A DNA stretch of 64,000 nt, from positions 1,440,001 to 1,504,000 of the forward strand of contig CP000069.1 of assembly GCA_000002445.1 (NCBI GenBank). The letters are read 5' to 3'. The translations under genes and the position numbers were made by a program. This document shows positions 59,426 to 64,000 of the stretch, piece after piece (the first letter of the stretch is position 1; each line of letters opens with the position of its first letter). The stretch comes from Trypanosoma brucei (taxonomy: Eukaryota). A model generated the notes under the pieces. That model saw nothing but the letters and a program-made list of their open reading frames with translations. It made no database searches and was not told the origin of the DNA.

Positions 59426-59649
59426 CATAAAATAAACATGTCACTTACTTTTCATACCATATCACTATACTGCTACTTTACTCTCATATACCTCTACCAT
59501 GCATATTTTTTTCTCAAAAAATGTTTCACATTTTAATCGAAATTAATTAAGGTACATTAAATTTTAGCAAATTTACCAAATTATCTCAAAATATCAAAAT
59601 TTCTTGAGTTTCATAAATGTTAAAAAATTGAGCAACTATCCTTAAAATA

Positions 59650-61215
59650 CTATAACGCTATCAAACTCACAAAAGCAGCAGTCATACTCAAAGCCAATTT
59701 TTTTGTTTACTATAAAACTGGAATCCTGACATTTTCCTTTGATCCAACCGCAGACAGACTTTTTGCCAGGGGGATCGTTCCTTTCACAGCTTCACATTCT
59801 GTATGGTTTAGAAAACTGCTGCACACAGCTTTGGCAGTATTACTCCCGTCTTTCTTTTCTTCTGATTTGTTTGTTGTATCTGTTTTGCTCTCTCCCTCGG
59901 AGTTAGCTCCTGCTGAAGTTGTCTTTGCTTTTTTTAGGTTCGTTGCATAAAAATAACCCATTGCATCGGCAAAGTTTCTTTCACTTAATTTCTGCGTGGA
60001 CCCTTTTATTTCAGGTTCACTGCTGATGGTGATCTCGTCATTTTCCAGATGCTTGATGTACAGTGTTTGAATGTCAATCTTTTTGTCTCCAAACACAACT
60101 GCTGCGACATCTTCGTTGGATAAAGAAGCGGTTGCTTTGTCCTCACTTTTGGCGGCTAATGTTTTTGAAAACGCCTTTAAAACGGGGTTGCTGAGGACTT
60201 GCGCAGTGGTTAGGCTGTTGGCGGAGTCAGCGGTTGGGATTGAGGTGGCGAAAGCCGCCTTTAATGCCGCTGCCAGGTGCGTGTCGCTGACTAGAAGCTC
60301 AATTTTGCTGGTGTGGTCTTGCTCGTGGTGTGCGCCGGTGTTTTCTTCTGCCCCTACAGTGAGGTCAATGGCGTTTGCTTTGAAGTCCGTTGCGATGGCG
60401 GCTAGGCCGCCTAGCACGCCATTGACGTGCTGTGCCGTGGTTTGAACTGAGTCGGAGTTGTTGTGGCATCCTGGTGCATTGCTGTAACCGCCTGCGTTCG
60501 ATTTTGAGGCGTTGCCGTTTCCTTTTGCTGTTATGCGTGTGTCGGTTGTTAATATCTTCAGGCTGTCTGCCTGCCTTATGAGTATTTTGTCCAACGTTCC
60601 AGCCCTTTTTGCTTCGGTGATGGCTTCCGCTTTGCCTTGGGCGTTGTTTTGGCAGTTTAGTCCTGCTGTTATCTGAAGTTTGTCCGTGACTTTGCAGTGT
60701 TTGGCTTTTCCGCAGATGAACAGTGTATTGCCCCCGCTCGATTCCAACGCCCCTGTGCCGGTTAGCGCCGGTGCAGTTACTGATGAAAGCGCTATACTGT
60801 AGGTGTGCCAGACCCAGCGCTGTGACAGCTTTTGTATTTCCTCCGCCTGCTCTTTTGCGAAAGTAAGTGTTCGGCTCGCTAGTTGGTTGGCTTCTTGTGT
60901 TGCCGCAGCTAGCAACGCCTCATATGCCTTTTCTTGTGGGTTTCCCTTGCATCGGGTTGCTGCTAACTGAAAAAGCTTAACGTTGGCGTTGTTTTGGACA
61001 TTGGCTGGCTCCGCCTGCGGTGCTCGCTCCTTGAGATCCGTGATCAGCTGCGGTGTGTACCATGTTTCTGTGCAAAAGTCTTTGACTTTTCTGGGGTTAA
61101 AAGCGCTCTGCACGCCACCGCAGACTTCAATGAAAAGAATGACTGGCTTTACTATTGGTTTAGTGCTTAACTTCTTCGGTTGAGGTACTAGAATTGTTGT
61201 GGCTGCCTATGCCTT
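59650..61215 (-). pseudogene. VSG: VSG pseudogene (no in-frame ATG; frameshifted C-terminus)
   Basis: Track ORF 59710-61113 starts at GTG. The in-frame upstream extension to a TAG at ~61213 contains no ATG. The proper tail DSSFIVNKK...LALSMTAAFVSLIAL* is recoverable only by a frameshift at ~59660-59740; the main frame reads ...AVCSSFLNHTECEAVKGTIPLAKSLSAVGSKENVRIPVL*. Confidence 0.75.
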
Positions 61216-62524
61216 TGTCTCTATGCCGATTCGTACTTTTTTCTACAAATATCTGTTCGTATCCCGTTTAGGATCCAATTTTTGTGCCTATGTGGAAGCC
61301 CGTTTTGCTTTGTTAGTTTGAGTTTAAGGATGTGAACGGGAGGGGAGAAAGAAGTGCCATTTATAAAATTGTAAGGCATCAGAGCGCGAACAATTACCGA
61401 ACATCCCCCTTACTTCCTTTCACGACTTGCTTGTCCCTGATATTTGTCGTTTTGGCTTCTTGATTATACAGTCTGTGTTGGTTGAAGTAGGTTTGAAGTT
61501 TTTTCTCTAGATGTTTTGTCAGTTGCTGCTTCACATATCGTTTACCGCCTCGCCTTTGGTACACTATATCTTCATAAAAAGATGTCGTTACATTACTTTT
61601 CTCGCTTCGTTTTTCGTTCTTTTGCGATAAGCACACTTTTTCCCGTACTTTCTTATTTCTTCCTGCTGTATCCGCCTCTTGGCTGTTTCTGGTCCTGTAT
61701 TTTTATCAAAAGTTCTGAGTGTTTGACTCTGCACTAACCGCTGAAATAGCCGGTAGTTGACGTGGATATTCCTTCATGATCTTGGTACCTGGCTAATAGT
61801 TACGCTTGTGTCTGCTGGCAGTCACCTGCACTTTTTATTTATTTATGACTGCTGAAATACAAATACCTTTGTTTCTTTCATTCCTCTTTACTATTGTTGC
61901 CCCATTTTATATTTGAAAAACAGAAAGCTGTAAGAAGGTTAAAATTAATCAGGGAAAAGACTCAGTTTTGCAGGGTTCTACACACTAACGTAGACTGTAA
62001 TATACTCTTCTAAGCTACTACGGCTCCCATGTACTAAAATTTACATTTAAATTGTCTTCCCACACCTTTGCGTGCAGCATTATAAAAACCGTAGAAACAT
62101 TCGTCCAATCTCATAACTTTTTAAATCCATATACGTTTAGGGTATACTATGATTCGCTGTTCCTACACCTTCTTGCGGTACCGTAACTCTTCTCTTGATG
62201 TTTGTTCTCTGTTATTACGCATCGTATCGTTTGATTCTACTGTCACCGATAAGACAAAGCTTTTGGAACATTAACACGGAGCAACCCCTATTCTTATTCT
62301 CTATACCCTTCTGATATATCCATGTTTAGCACTCTCATCTTTCTACACAACAATACCATAGCACTGCGGCATATTTCTCAGCTACCATTTCCCTCAGCAC
62401 CAGGTTTGTAACCTTTTTCCCTTGGCCCAACGTCGAATAAACAGTGGGTACTTTTTTTCTGTTTCATTACGATCCCTTCTGTCTTTACTACTTCTATTAT
62501 TTGTTCCAGAAGTTCTGCAACACT

Positions 62525-62610
62525 TTCCCATTATTATAATATTCGTATATACACTCTCACAACACACTCCTATCATTATCATGATTACTATTATGACCCT
62601 AACTAATACC
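62525..62610 (-). repeat. 70-bp repeat, single copy
   Basis: cattattataatattcgtatatacactctcacaacacactcctatcattatcatgattactattatgaccctaactaatacc. Confidence 0.8.
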
Positions 62611-62879
62611 AATATATTAAAATTAATAAAATCAACCAAATTATAATACCGCTAAATTTTCATAACCCATTACATTTTTTTGTACCTATAGGCCGCTATA
62701 ATGACAATTTTTCAAATTTCACTAATTTCAACATTTCGTCAAAAAAGTATTAAAATATATAAAATTCTATCAAAATGGCAAATTTTCATAAAGTTCTATA
62801 AAATTGAGGAAAAAACCTCCGAATTCTCAAAAACTTTTCAAAAATAGCAACCTCATATAAGCTGCAGTAGTCAGTGTGT

Positions 62880-64000
62880 TTCTTATTGATGTGAAAACTG
62901 AAATCCTTGCAAGTTCTTCCATCCTATTTGCAGCCATGAGCCTTGGTGCATTCCTCTTGCTTTTTTTATCAGAGAATTTTGAACCTGTTTCTCCTGCTTC
63001 TATAGTTTTCGCAGTTTCTTCTTCTCATTTGCTATCTTTTTCATTATATTTGGACACTGGGGTGTTGTTGCACTTGTCTTTCTCGGCTTCACCTTTGCAA
63101 ACGTCTGTCACCCCTGGTGGTGGCTGCTGTGGCTTGTTTTCTGCTGTGGCAAGGCGTCTACGAATTCTTGCAGTAAAGAAGGCCAGAGTGTGCGCGAAGT
63201 TTTTTTCTTTGGAGAGTTCGGAAATCGGCCTTGTGGCTTCTCGGTCCCCTATTTTTATTGTGGCGCTTCCTTCGCTTAGGGATTTTACAAAGTTCTGTTC
63301 TAGGGCATCTTCGCTGCTGCCGTAAGCTTGCTTCAGAATGGCGAGTGTTTTGCCTTCTGTTATGTCCACTTTGTTGTTTACAGGTTGCTTTACCAGTAAT
63401 GTTGCCATGATTCTTTGCATTTGAGGGTCTTTGCTTAGGCTGGAAATCGTTTCTTTAGTGACTTGTTTTGGCGAGTGGATCGTGATGCTCCGGGCATTAC
63501 AGAGCGTGTAAGCTAGTCGGTCCTTGGTGACGGTTAGTCGTTTCTTGTCCGGTTCGCTGCCGCATCCGTTTCCTGTGCTTGGTTGGCGTTTGATGTCTTG
63601 GTCCTCCAGTTGTTCGTCCGTCGGTGATGTGTAGCTGAGGTCAGCGTTTAGGCCGTTGGATGCATAGCTGCTTGTGGTGCCGGTTGTGCCGCACCTGCCG
63701 TCGTTTGTTTTTTCTCCGCTGGCTGTTGTTGGTGTCCCTTTGGCTTCCTCTTTGAGCGTTTGACCCCGGCGGCCGAACATTAAATCCTTTGTTACTTTGA
63801 TGGCTACTTCGCTTTCGATTTCTGCCGCAGCATTTGCGAGGTCCTGTTTGTTTTGCAGCTCCACTGCGCAGGCGACGTTATTGCCAGTTTTTGCTGGTGT
63901 CGTTAACGTACAGATTTCAGTTGACCCTCCAAACCTTCCAGCTGCGCTTGTTGATCCGCCGCCACTGACCGTCCATACCGGTGCCGCTGCTGGGTTTACT
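62880..64000 (-). pseudogene. VSG: VSG (partial in window; N-terminus beyond 64000), degenerate C-terminal tail
   Basis: 63025-63864 resembles the 59710-61113 VSG in layout (...CKGEAEKDKCNNTPVSKYNEKDSK). C-terminus ...CKDFSFHINKKHTDYCSLYE lacks a hydrophobic GPI tail in any single frame. A 16-mer-like element lies at ~62743. Confidence 0.65.

Noticed and set aside
59110-59439. poly-Tyr / poly-Ile ORFs (also 22005-22523)
   Set aside because: They are translations of the (TTA)n microsatellite inside 70-bp repeats.
1-64000. Prokaryotic interpretation (operons, defence islands) suggested by the ORF track's alternative start codons
   Set aside because: VSG hallmarks, 70-bp repeats, the 16-mer 3'UTR element and ingi/RIME are diagnostic of African trypanosome subtelomeres. 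Several track 'M' starts are TTG or GTG and were corrected to the first in-frame ATG, or called defective.

Overview
This window is not prokaryotic. It reads as an African-trypanosome (Trypanosoma brucei group) subtelomeric VSG array, with every gene on the minus strand. The supplied ORF track allows TTG/GTG/CTG starts, so I re-checked initiator codons by hand.

I find about 17 variant surface glycoprotein (VSG) genes or fragments. They are recognisable by an N-terminal signal peptide, A- or B-type N-domains, a Cys-rich C-domain and a hydrophobic GPI-signal tail such as ...GSNSFVISKAPLLLAFLLF. Three look intact: 11185-12651, 15529-16914 and 40781-42244. One is full length but its initiator ATG has become TTG (53130-54596). 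The rest are pseudogenes or 3' fragments with frameshifts, stops or deletions.

Each cassette is bounded upstream (higher coordinate) by one or more 70-bp repeats, seen here as the reverse complement ...tatacacactcacaacactctcctatcattat(tat)n.... Downstream (lower coordinate) it carries the conserved VSG 3'UTR 16-mer TGATATATTTTAACAC, seen here as gtgttaaaatatatca.

Other elements:
- A 5.2-kb degenerate ingi non-LTR retrotransposon (44354-49590, minus). It has endonuclease, reverse transcriptase and C2H2 zinc-finger segments broken by at least 4 stops or frameshifts, and a 12-bp target-site duplication. It sits next to an extra RIME-A-type 5' fragment (44112-44336) flanked by a third copy of the same 12-mer.
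- A divergent ingi 5' fragment at about 2900-3518.
- A frameshifted UDP-Gal/GlcNAc-dependent glycosyltransferase (GT31-like) pseudogene at 26031-27110, plus a near-identical truncated second copy at 33445-34290 inside a ~1-kb, ~99%-identical segmental duplication.
- Short interstitial (TTAGGG)2-3 tracts in T-rich flanks downstream of three VSGs.
- Large (TTA)n expansions inside two 70-bp repeats.
- A paralogous ~0.8-kb coding-like block immediately upstream of two VSGs.

No bacterial-type operons, CRISPR arrays or RNA genes were recognised. The first ~2.9 kb has no recognisable gene.
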